Shown: positions 9,854-17,174 of the stretch, piece by piece | Layout of the letters: every line of letters starts with the position of its first letter | How positions within the stretch are numbered: position 1 is the first letter of the stretch | From: Verrucomicrobiota bacterium | GTDB taxonomy: Bacteria > Verrucomicrobiota > Lentisphaeria > Oligosphaerales > Oligosphaeraceae | Length of the DNA stretch: 64,000 bases | NCBI GenBank assembly: GCA_019136135.1 | Contig: JAGVUR010000156.1 | Location: 533 to 64,532, forward strand | Reading direction: 5' to 3' | Notes under the pieces: model-generated | Told to the model about the DNA's origin: nothing | The model's database searches: none | What the model saw: only the letters and a program-made list of their open reading frames with translations | Program-made: the position numbers and the translations under genes

Positions 9854-10201
9854 ATGAGCTTGATTGAGCAGTTGAGGCGTGAAAACCTGAAGACGGACGT
9901 TCCGTCTTTCTCCATCGGCGACACGATCAAGGTCGGCGTAAAGATCATTGAAGGCGGCAAGGAACGCATTCAGGAATTCGAAGGAGTCGTAATCGCTCGT
10001 GACGGTGGCGGCATTGCCGAGACCATCACCCTGCGTCGCGTCAGCCATGGGCAAGGCGTGGAGCGCATTTTCCCGATTCATTCGCCGCGCATCGCCAGCT
10101 TCAAGCTGATCCGTCAAGGTCGCGTCCGCCGTGCGAAGCTCTACTATCTCCGCGGCAAGGTCGGCGCCGCCGCCAGGGTCAAGGACAAGCGCCTCCACTA
10201 A
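9854..10201 (+). CDS. rplS: 50S ribosomal protein L19
   Basis: [48 protein letters not shown]. An alternative upstream ATG at 9824 is possible. Confidence 0.93.
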   Translation: MSLIEQLRRENLKTDVPSFSIGDTIKVGVKIIEGGKERIQEFEGVVIARDGGGIAETITLRRVSHGQGVERIFPIHSPRIASFKLIRQGRVRRAKLYYLRGKVGAAARVKDKRLH

Positions 10202-10275
10202 GAACTTCTCAACGCTTCTGGGATGCATGGGCATGCCAGGGCAAAAAACTCTACTAACCTCTCTTTAGCATTACG

Positions 10276-10318
10276 GGAAGGAGCTCGGCTAATGTCGCGG
10301 CTCCTTTTCCTTTGTTTG
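10276..10318 (+). terminator. candidate intrinsic terminator after rplS
   Basis: Stem AAGGAGC (10278-10284) pairs with GCTCCTT (10300-10306) and is followed by TTCCTTTGTTT. Confidence 0.45.
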
Positions 10319-10340
10319 GAAAGGATTCCCTTGAAGACGT

Positions 10341-11000
10341 ATGACGAAGTCCGACACGCAACGCGACATGTTCGAATTTGAACGTCAGGCACGGCATGGT
10401 CAGCCTGGTCTGGTGGTATGCGGTGTTGACGAGGCTGGTCGCGGACCATTGGCTGGTCCGGTTGTCGTCGCTGCGGTGATTTTGCCTGATGATTTCGAGT
10501 TGGCTGTCTATGATTCAAAGGCGTTCAGCGAAGACGACCGTGAAAGTTTGGCTTTGGAGATCAAAGGCGATTCCCGTATCATTTGGAAGCTTGCGGTCCG
10601 TTCGGCCGGCGAGATTGATCGCTACAACATCCTTCGGGCTACGCATCAGGCGATGCGTGAGGCTGTTCAGCAACTGGAGCCAGAACCTCAACTTGCACTG
10701 GTCGACGGGCTGAAGGTTCCTGATTTTCCGGTTCCAGCGCAGTTTATCGTCAAGGGCGACACCAGGTCCGCCAGCATCGCCACGGCCAGCATCTTGGCGA
10801 AAACGCACCGCGACGAGCTGATGCGCAAACTCGACCAGGAATATCCGGCATATGGATTCGCGCAACACAAGGGGTACGGAACGCAAGCGCATCTGGATGC
10901 ACTTCGGAAGTTCGGTCCTTGTCCGGAGCATAGGCGCACATTCGCCCCCGTCGCGGCAATTATCCATCCTCCACCAGTTCAACTGGAACTTTTCAACTAG
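10341..11000 (+). CDS. rnhB: ribonuclease HII
   Basis: VCGVDEAGRGPLAGPVVVAAVIL...DSK...ASILAKTHRD...YGFAQHKGYGT. Confidence 0.93.
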   Translation: MTKSDTQRDMFEFERQARHGQPGLVVCGVDEAGRGPLAGPVVVAAVILPDDFELAVYDSKAFSEDDRESLALEIKGDSRIIWKLAVRSAGEIDRYNILRATHQAMREAVQQLEPEPQLALVDGLKVPDFPVPAQFIVKGDTRSASIATASILAKTHRDELMRKLDQEYPAYGFAQHKGYGTQAHLDALRKFGPCPEHRRTFAPVAAIIHPPPVQLELFN

Positions 11001-11004
11001 CACA

Positions 11005-12210
11005 ATGATAGCCAAAAGGAATCTCCGAGACAAGATCAGCCCCGCTGCCGTCCAGGTGGCCACCAGGCTCGTGCAAAACGGGTTTGAGGCCTACGTGGTC
11101 GGCGGAGCTGTCCGAGACTTGCTCCTCGGATCCATTCCGAAAGACGTGGACATCACTACGAATGCGACCCCCGAACAGGTGAGGTCGGTCTTCGGACGGC
11201 GGCAATGCGTCGTCATCGGACGACGATTCAAGCTTGCGCAAGTCAGAATGGGGAATGAGACCTTCGAGGTCAGCACGTTCCGAAGAAAACCGTCGCACGA
11301 AGAAAGCAAAGGACGCGATGACGATGACGGAATGATGATTTGGAACGACAACGAGTACGGCACGCTGGAAGACGATGCCAGCAGGCGTGACTTCACGGTC
11401 AATTCGCTCTACTTGGACGTAGTCGGCAAGCAGGGTGTCATCGATATGACTGGAGGCCTTAAGGATTTGAAGGCCGGGATTGTTCGCGTCATCGGCAATC
11501 CCGAGGAGAGGTTCATTGAGGATCCGGTTCGAATGTTGCGCGCCCTCAAGCTGGTTGGGCTTCATGGCTTCAAGTTGCATCCCGCCACGGAGGCCGCATT
11601 GAAGGCGAACAAGGCGATGATTTCCATGTCCTCGCCAGCCCGGCTCTATGAGGAATTGCTGAAGATTCTGTTCACGGGGCGTTCTCTTGCGATTTTGACT
11701 GCCTTCCACAAGTACGGTTTTTTGACGTATTTCTGGCCTGACCTGGAAGAGATTTGGTCCAAGCAGGACGGGGTTTTGGTGCGTCGTCTTTTAAAGACCC
11801 GTGATGCCGAAGTCGCGACAGGCAACTACTCGCACTCCAGGGCCTTGGCTTTGGCGACCGTCTCGTTGCCTGTGGCTTTGAGGGCGTTGCGACCGATTAC
11901 GGAGGATGACGAGGACGCCATCCTGTTGGGCGATGGCGGCGCGGTTTGCCTCAGGGTGGTCCGGCAATTCTTCAGCAGCTTTGTCTTGCCGAGGCTCTAT
12001 GCCATTCGCGTCAAGGAAATTCTCCTGTTGATTCCCGCTTTGAGTTCCGAACTGGCACCAAGATTCTACAGGCATCGGGAATACAAGTACGGAAGACTGC
12101 TCCTGCAACTCCTCGTCAAAACCCTCGATTGGGATCCGGAAATCGCCAATCGCCTTCCGCCCCCGGAAATCGCCTCGAATATGAAGCGAAGAAGACGGCG
12201 AAAACACTGA
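11005..12210 (+). CDS. pcnB: poly(A) polymerase I (tRNA nucleotidyltransferase superfamily)
   Basis: YVVGGAVRDLLLG..PKDVDITT, plus VIGRRFKLAQV which fits the PAP-specific [LIV][LIV]G[RK][RK]F signature. The tail is basic (KRRRRRKH). Confidence 0.85.
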   Translation: MIAKRNLRDKISPAAVQVATRLVQNGFEAYVVGGAVRDLLLGSIPKDVDITTNATPEQVRSVFGRRQCVVIGRRFKLAQVRMGNETFEVSTFRRKPSHEESKGRDDDDGMMIWNDNEYGTLEDDASRRDFTVNSLYLDVVGKQGVIDMTGGLKDLKAGIVRVIGNPEERFIEDPVRMLRALKLVGLHGFKLHPATEAALKANKAMISMSSPARLYEELLKILFTGRSLAILTAFHKYGFLTYFWPDLEEIWSKQDGVLVRRLLKTRDAEVATGNYSHSRALALATVSLPVALRALRPITEDDEDAILLGDGGAVCLRVVRQFFSSFVLPRLYAIRVKEILLLIPALSSELAPRFYRHREYKYGRLLLQLLVKTLDWDPEIANRLPPPEIASNMKRRRRRKH

Positions 12211-12217
12211 TTCACTC

Positions 12218-12456
12218 TAAAAAAAGCAGTTGAAACTGGATTTAGTTCCTAATTGATTGATTTTCAAATGGTTATAAATTTTATTCCGTTAACCATGTTG
12301 CTGAATTGAAATGCGTCAGTCTTCTGTAGCGCCTTTACAAGGCGCCCCGGCATGGGGGCATCCTGTCCCCAGGCTTTTAGCCTGGGGTGAGGAACTTACC
12401 CAAGGACAGTGCCTTGTAAAGGCACTACAACCATAAGGCGTCAACTGCTTTTTTTA
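12218..12456. mobile_element. MITE-like non-autonomous element (copy E1)
   Basis: Perfect 16-bp TIRs: TAAAAAAAGCAGTTGA (12218-12233) and TCAACTGCTTTTTTTA (12441-12456). The 9-bp direct repeat GATTCACTC lies at 12209-12217 and 12457-12465. There is no ORF. Homologous copies start at 20134 and 38535. Confidence 0.8.
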
Positions 12457-12459
12457 GAT

Positions 12460-13218
12460 TCACTCTGTTTTCTTCATGTCGTTCCATGCCGCAAGATAGG
12501 GAATGCATGGCCAGACCGATTCCCGTCTGAGCAGCGACTCTTTTACGTTTCTTGCCTCTTCTGTTTTTCCGGCATATTCAAGATAGACTGCGATGCCGTA
12601 CATCGCGACAACGGCGTTCAAGTCATTCTTATCTTGTTCCGCTTGATCAAGTGCTTCATCCGCAGTCCTTTTTCCAAGGATAACCTCCACGGCAGATTGA
12701 TATGCCGTATGGTGTCCGACACTCATGTCGTCACGGTATGTTCCTATCAGCTTGTCTGGCAAGTTTCCGCGCATGCAGCATAGGGAATTCCAATAGAGGA
12801 TTGCAATTCCCATCTCATCTCCGCAGGGAAGAACCTTTGTAAAATTGCCTGACGCCGCTTCATAGTCTCTTTGCAGGTAGTGCCACACCCCCATTGGATA
12901 GGCGATTGTTTTTTCGTTGCCATTGAGAGAACGGCTCTTTGCGTATGCTTTTTTTGCTTCAGTGAAATGCCGTAATGTCAGATAGGCTCCGCCTAAGCGA
13001 ACGTACAGCATCGGATCATCGGCACGAATTATCTCCGCAGAATGATATGCATCGATCGCCTCGCGAAAACGGTATTGTCCTGAAAGCAGGTTTCCCAGCT
13101 TTACCCGGCTTTCGTAGTCATCCGATTCCCGAAGCCAGAACATTTCTTCCGTATCTTCACATAGGCATGGAGCATTTCCGAGCTGGCTATCGATAGAAGC
13201 GTATCTCATCTCCTGCAT
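12460..13218 (-). CDS. TPR-like repeat protein, last gene of the lar operon
   Basis: Helical-repeat composition (YRFREAIDAYHSA..., FTEAKKAYAKS..., YEAASGNFTKV...). Its start lies 2 nt after the larC stop. Confidence 0.6.
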   Translation of the reverse strand: MQEMRYASIDSQLGNAPCLCEDTEEMFWLRESDDYESRVKLGNLLSGQYRFREAIDAYHSAEIIRADDPMLYVRLGGAYLTLRHFTEAKKAYAKSRSLNGNEKTIAYPMGVWHYLQRDYEAASGNFTKVLPCGDEMGIAILYWNSLCCMRGNLPDKLIGTYRDDMSVGHHTAYQSAVEVILGKRTADEALDQAEQDKNDLNAVVAMYGIAVYLEYAGKTEEARNVKESLLRRESVWPCIPYLAAWNDMKKTE

Positions 13219-13220
13219 GG

Positions 13221-14483
13221 CTACTTCGCCTGCTTGCCGATGCGTTCCACCACCTCGGCAAGGCTGATCTTCTGTTCTCGCGCAATGCGGGCAAGGCTAT
13301 CAAATTCGTATTTTTCCCTTGTCACACCATATCCGACAGATACCTTTTTACGTACTTCTCCATATTCTGTCGCCACGGTTTCGATTGAACGGGCAAGGGT
13401 ATATCGGCGGCTAATATTTTCACGCACTCCAAGTGTTGTCGTATGCTTGAAGATCAACCGGATCATTTGGTCCTTGTCCTTTTCGTGGCACATCACTGCA
13501 AGCAGAATGCCTGGGCGTGATTTCTTCATCTGGGCAGGAACGGCATAGACTTCCAAAGCCCCTGCCGCAAAAAACTGTTCCTCTGCGAACCCTATCGCTT
13601 CTGCCGTCATGTCATCGAGATTGCAGAGAAGCTCGGAAATCATGTCGCCTGAATCATCTGTTTCTCCAAGCAATGCCCGGACACAGTTTGCGGCGGTAAA
13701 ATCCTTTTTCCCCATGCCGTAGCCGATTGCTGTCGTTCTCATTACCGGCATATCTCCAAACCTTGTCGCAAAGTGCTTCAATAGAGCCGCACCGGTAGGG
13801 GTACACAGTTCGCTCTTGATTCCGCCTCCATAAATTGGAATGCCTCGCAGGATATAGGCGGTTGCAGGAGCAGGGACAGGCAGGATTCCATGGGCGCATT
13901 TTACATGGCCGCTGCCTACATGTATCGGAGAAACGACAACTTGTTCAGGAGATAAGCGATCCATCAGCATGCAAACGGCAGTTATATCTGCAACGGCATC
14001 CATCATCCCAACTTCATGGAAATGAATTTCCGTAACAGGCACACCGTGGGCATCGCTTTCCGCTTCCGCAATCAGCGAATAGACGGCAAGAATATCCGCT
14101 TTTACCTTTCCGGATATCGGCAGCTTTTCAATAATATGTTCGATATCGTGCATGCTATTGTGATGGTGCGTATGCTCTCCGGCATGGGAATGGTCGTGGT
14201 CGTGGGAATGACTGTGCCCATGCTCATGGTCATGACTGTGCCCATGCTCATGGTCATGGGAGTGCATTTCCTCTGTTTCTTCTTCGCCATGAACCTTTAC
14301 CGTGATTTGCGTCCCCTGGATTCCGCACTTTGTGGCTGCTTTACTGGAGATGGTGACTCCGGGAATGCCAAGACTGTTCAGTTCATCAAGAAATTCCTCC
14401 TTGTTCGGAAGAAGTTCAATCAAGGCCGCAGTCAGCATATCGCCCGCCGCGCCCATGCCGCAGTCCAGATATAACGTTTTCAT
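13221..14483 (-). CDS. larC: nickel-pincer cofactor biosynthesis protein LarC (nickel insertion, DUF111)
   Basis: MKTLYLDCGMGAAGDMLTAALIEL...; a His-rich tract HSHDHEHGHSHDHEHGHSHSHDHDHSH; adjacent to larB and larE. Confidence 0.9.
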   Translation of the reverse strand: MKTLYLDCGMGAAGDMLTAALIELLPNKEEFLDELNSLGIPGVTISSKAATKCGIQGTQITVKVHGEEETEEMHSHDHEHGHSHDHEHGHSHSHDHDHSHAGEHTHHHNSMHDIEHIIEKLPISGKVKADILAVYSLIAEAESDAHGVPVTEIHFHEVGMMDAVADITAVCMLMDRLSPEQVVVSPIHVGSGHVKCAHGILPVPAPATAYILRGIPIYGGGIKSELCTPTGAALLKHFATRFGDMPVMRTTAIGYGMGKKDFTAANCVRALLGETDDSGDMISELLCNLDDMTAEAIGFAEEQFFAAGALEVYAVPAQMKKSRPGILLAVMCHEKDKDQMIRLIFKHTTTLGVRENISRRYTLARSIETVATEYGEVRKKVSVGYGVTREKYEFDSLARIAREQKISLAEVVERIGKQAK

Positions 14484-14484
14484 T

Positions 14485-15237
14485 TTATTTCGCCTCCATA
14501 TGATTGATCATGCTTGCCAGATATCCGGCACCGAAACCATTGTCGATATTCACCACGGATACTCCGCTGGCGCAGGAATTCAGCATGGATAAAAGAGCAG
14601 ACACCCCATTGAAGGATGCTCCATATCCGACGCTTGTAGGGACGGCAATCACGGGACAATCCACAAGCCCACCGATTACGCTGGCAAGTGCGCCCTCCAT
14701 TCCGGCTATGGCAATAATAACGCTTGCACTCATGAGTTGATCCAAATGAGCAAGCAGACGGTGCAACCCAGATACGCCGACATCATACAGGCGAACAACT
14801 TCGTTGCCATGGACTTCGGCGGTTAATGCGGCTTCTTCCGCCACTGGGATGTCGCTGGTGCCTCCAGTTGCCACAACAATCTTTCCAATTCCGTTGGCGC
14901 TTGGGATTGAACCGATGATTCCAACTTTGGCTTCCGCATGATAATCGATCTCATAGGCTGTTCCGACTTTTTTGGCTGCTTCCGGAGGCAGTCGTGTAAT
15001 CAGGATAGTCTTCTGTCCGCTAAGTTTCATTTTCTCTGCTATCCCGATAATCTGCTCCGCGGTTTTCCCGGCGCCATAGATGACTTCCGGAATGCCTTGG
15101 CGAGTGGCGCGATGCAGATCGATTTTAGCATAGCCGATATCCTCAAACGGCTTTTTTTTCAGAGCCAAAATAGCTTCGTTTACCGTTAAGTCTCCATCGC
15201 GTACAGCTTCCAAAATCGCTCTGATTTCCGTTTTCAT
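14485..15237 (-). CDS. larB: nickel-pincer cofactor biosynthesis protein LarB (PurE/AIR-carboxylase-like)
   Basis: VVATGGTSDIPVAEEA...IAIAGMEGALASVIGGLVDCPVIAVPTSVGYG. Confidence 0.9.
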   Translation of the reverse strand: MKTEIRAILEAVRDGDLTVNEAILALKKKPFEDIGYAKIDLHRATRQGIPEVIYGAGKTAEQIIGIAEKMKLSGQKTILITRLPPEAAKKVGTAYEIDYHAEAKVGIIGSIPSANGIGKIVVATGGTSDIPVAEEAALTAEVHGNEVVRLYDVGVSGLHRLLAHLDQLMSASVIIAIAGMEGALASVIGGLVDCPVIAVPTSVGYGASFNGVSALLSMLNSCASGVSVVNIDNGFGAGYLASMINHMEAK

Positions 15238-15980
15238 TCCCTCGTCTCCAAATCCAGCAAAACAGCCGAATAATACCGCTTCAATTCCGCAATGATGCTT
15301 TCCCGGTTTTCAATGACTTTTCCAATCTGTGCAGCAGGAACCTGTATTTTTGCGGCATTCCCCATCAGCCGAACCCGAAAATCATTCAATCCAAGAGAAG
15401 ACAGATAACTCTCCGCAGCTTCTGTCGCTTTCAACTTTTCCTCGGTGATCTGCTCTCCAACGGGAATCCGTGTGGCAAGGCAAGCATAGGCTGGCTTGGC
15501 CCAAGTAAATAGACCCGCTTCCTGTGAAAGCCGGCGAATCTCGGCTTTGGTCAAGCCACACAGCCTTAGCGGTGAAAGCACGGACAATTCATGGAGAGCC
15601 TTCATGCCGGGACGATCATCGACATCATCCGACGCATTTGTTCCATCAAGCAAAACTGCAAATCCATCTGCTTTGGCTTGTTCTTTAATGGTTTCAAAGA
15701 TTCGTTTCTTGCAGTAATAGCAGCGGTTGCTTGGGTTGGATGCAATTGTTTCGTCTGAAACAACATCCAAGTAGAGAGTTGTCATTTGCACGGCAAGTTC
15801 CTTGGCAATGCGTCGAGCATCATCTAATTCAAACTGCGGCTGAAAAGCTGATTTTACATAATAAGCCCGCACCTCTTTTGCATACTGCTTGGCAGCGTGC
15901 AAAAGGTAAGCCGAATCGACACCTCCGGAAAATGCGACTGCAACTCTGGGATGCTCTTTAAAAAAATCAATTAACTTCAT
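15234..15980 (-). CDS. larE: LarE ATP-dependent sulfur transferase (PP-loop ATPase)
   Basis: VAVAFSGGVDSAYLL (PP-loop), CYYCK and ACLATRIP Cys motifs. It overlaps larB by ATGA. Confidence 0.88.
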   Translation of the reverse strand: MKLIDFFKEHPRVAVAFSGGVDSAYLLHAAKQYAKEVRAYYVKSAFQPQFELDDARRIAKELAVQMTTLYLDVVSDETIASNPSNRCYYCKKRIFETIKEQAKADGFAVLLDGTNASDDVDDRPGMKALHELSVLSPLRLCGLTKAEIRRLSQEAGLFTWAKPAYACLATRIPVGEQITEEKLKATEAAESYLSSLGLNDFRVRLMGNAAKIQVPAAQIGKVIENRESIIAELKRYYSAVLLDLETRE

Positions 15981-15990
15981 GCGACTCCCA

Positions 15991-16027
15991 AGACAAAAGG
16001 CGGCTCTGCGTGAAGTACAGAGCCGCC
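15991..16027 (-). terminator. intrinsic terminator/attenuator between the membrane-protein pair and larE
   Basis: Perfect 10-bp stem GGCGGCTCTG (15999-16008) / CAGAGCCGCC (16018-16027). On the minus strand it is followed by TTTTGTCT. Confidence 0.6.
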
Positions 16028-16040
16028 AATCTGCCGCTGG

Positions 16041-16355
16041 TTATTTTTTCACGAACAGGGCGGCCTTGACAACACCCTTCGGATCCTTTACAAGCAGAAT
16101 AACGAGCCAGATGATCAGACCCAGGGCTACAACGGACAATCCAAGATAGAAATCATTGAGCATATCGACTGGAGCAGGGGTGAAGTATTCAGCCCCAAGT
16201 TCACCATACTCAATGATTGCATCGATAAACCACATGAGGGAAGCGCCCCAAAACATCCAGCAGAGATGACCGACCTTCATCTCGCTTTTGGGTGCGCCCC
16301 TATACCAGATGATCGTGCAGATGATTGCCGCAAATACCGTCGTTAATAGAGTCAT
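16041..16355 (-). CDS. small integral membrane protein (about 3 TM), unknown family
   Basis: Hydrophobic segments LLTTVFAAIICTIIW, HLCWMFWGASLMWFIDAII and LGLSVVALGLIIWLVILLV. It shares a WG(A/G)S...(F/W)..(H/A)...(G/Y)(E) motif with the upstream neighbour. Confidence 0.6.
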   Translation of the reverse strand: MTLLTTVFAAIICTIIWYRGAPKSEMKVGHLCWMFWGASLMWFIDAIIEYGELGAEYFTPAPVDMLNDFYLGLSVVALGLIIWLVILLVKDPKGVVKAALFVKK

Positions 16356-16357
16356 TC

Positions 16358-16771
16358 TTATACGCCCTCCTCAGCAGGTTTGGGAGCGCGAAGCGCTCTT
16401 TTTTCAATAACGGAGGCGACGGCAAGCATGCCAACCCACACAGCCGTGATGAGAACTGACATCATCACACCAGCGCTTCTCATTTCTGCGAGCATTTCAG
16501 CGGTTTCACCGCTTTTGATCGCCGTCAGGAACGGGAAGAACGGTACAATTTCGCCATGCCACAGATGCTCGAAAGCAAGCAGGGCGGAGCCGCCCCAGAG
16601 CAATTTATTCAGCCAGCCGAGCTTGGCGGAAAACGGGATCTTTGTTGCTTCTTCAACAGAGCCATCGGAAAGGTAAATCTTGACAGACTCTTCCTTTTCC
16701 TTGGATTTCATAACCTTTGCAGCGACAGAAGTGATGACTGCTTGAGCAGCCGGGACAAGAAAACATGCCAT
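16358..16771 (-). CDS. small integral membrane protein, paralog-like to 16041-16355
   Basis: The ATG at 16771 is preceded by GGAGGG with 8-nt spacing. MACFLVPAAQAVITSVAAKV..., LLWGGSALLAFEHLWHGEIVPFFPF and GVMMSVLITAVWVGMLAVASVI are hydrophobic segments. Confidence 0.6.
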   Translation of the reverse strand: MACFLVPAAQAVITSVAAKVMKSKEKEESVKIYLSDGSVEEATKIPFSAKLGWLNKLLWGGSALLAFEHLWHGEIVPFFPFLTAIKSGETAEMLAEMRSAGVMMSVLITAVWVGMLAVASVIEKRALRAPKPAEEGV

Positions 16772-16941
16772 AATTGTGTACCCTCCAAAATTATTCAGGT
16801 GGCGGCATGCAAAAAAGGCATACCATTTCTCTTCTGAGAAATCGCATGCCTTCCTGGCACACATGGCCACCAGTGTTATCGTTAAACTTTCGTCTGTATT
16901 TTTGGACACTTCAGCGTCATTGTTCAGCTTCTTGCTGTAAC
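16772..16941 (-). promoter_or_regulatory. structured 5' leader with an internal intrinsic terminator (candidate riboswitch or attenuator)
   Basis: The minus-strand hairpin GGCATGCGATTTCTC-AGAA-GAGAAATGGTATGCC followed by TTTTTT lies at plus coordinates 16811-16851. A 12-codon leader ORF MTLKCPKIQTKV is at 16920-16882. The leader sits between a consensus promoter and the RBS. Confidence 0.5.
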
Positions 16942-16947
16942 AAATAT

Positions 16948-16976
16948 ATTATATCGCTTTTCTGTTAGGTCGTCAA
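16948..16976 (-). promoter_or_regulatory. sigma70-type promoter
   Basis: On the minus strand: TTGACG (16976-16971), a 17-nt spacer, then TATAAT (16953-16948). Confidence 0.6.
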
Positions 16977-17174
16977 ATTGGCTTGGACCAAAAAGCGGGC
17001 AATGCAGCTGGAAAATGAAATCTAGCTTCTTCATGCTTGATTGCTTCCATGGTCGGTGTAAATTCATCATATATGGGATGATGTGGATTCGAGCAACGGA
17101 AGGCCTTGATTTATGCGGGGATGTGGCAGGGTTCGTATTGGGTTGTCAGCAGATCTAATTCTTCTGGAGGAAGT

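Noticed and set aside
16772-16909. N-terminal 46-codon extension of the membrane-protein ORF (the track's 183-aa version)
   Set aside because: It would start at a GTG with no RBS and be translated through a strong hairpin and T-tract. The internal ATG at 16771 has a GGAGGG RBS and begins directly with the first TM segment.
16772-16941. Assigning the lar-cluster leader to the NiCo (czcD) riboswitch class
   Set aside because: The context (nickel cofactor genes) is tempting. However, I cannot reproduce the NiCo four-way-junction consensus from memory with enough certainty, and I see no obvious match. It is reported only as an unclassified candidate.
12460-16976. The lar cluster as a recent horizontal acquisition
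   Set aside because: It is bounded by a MITE on one side and has Firmicutes-like gene content. By eye, however, its base composition and codon usage do not differ clearly from the neighbouring genes. There is no integrase or tRNA.
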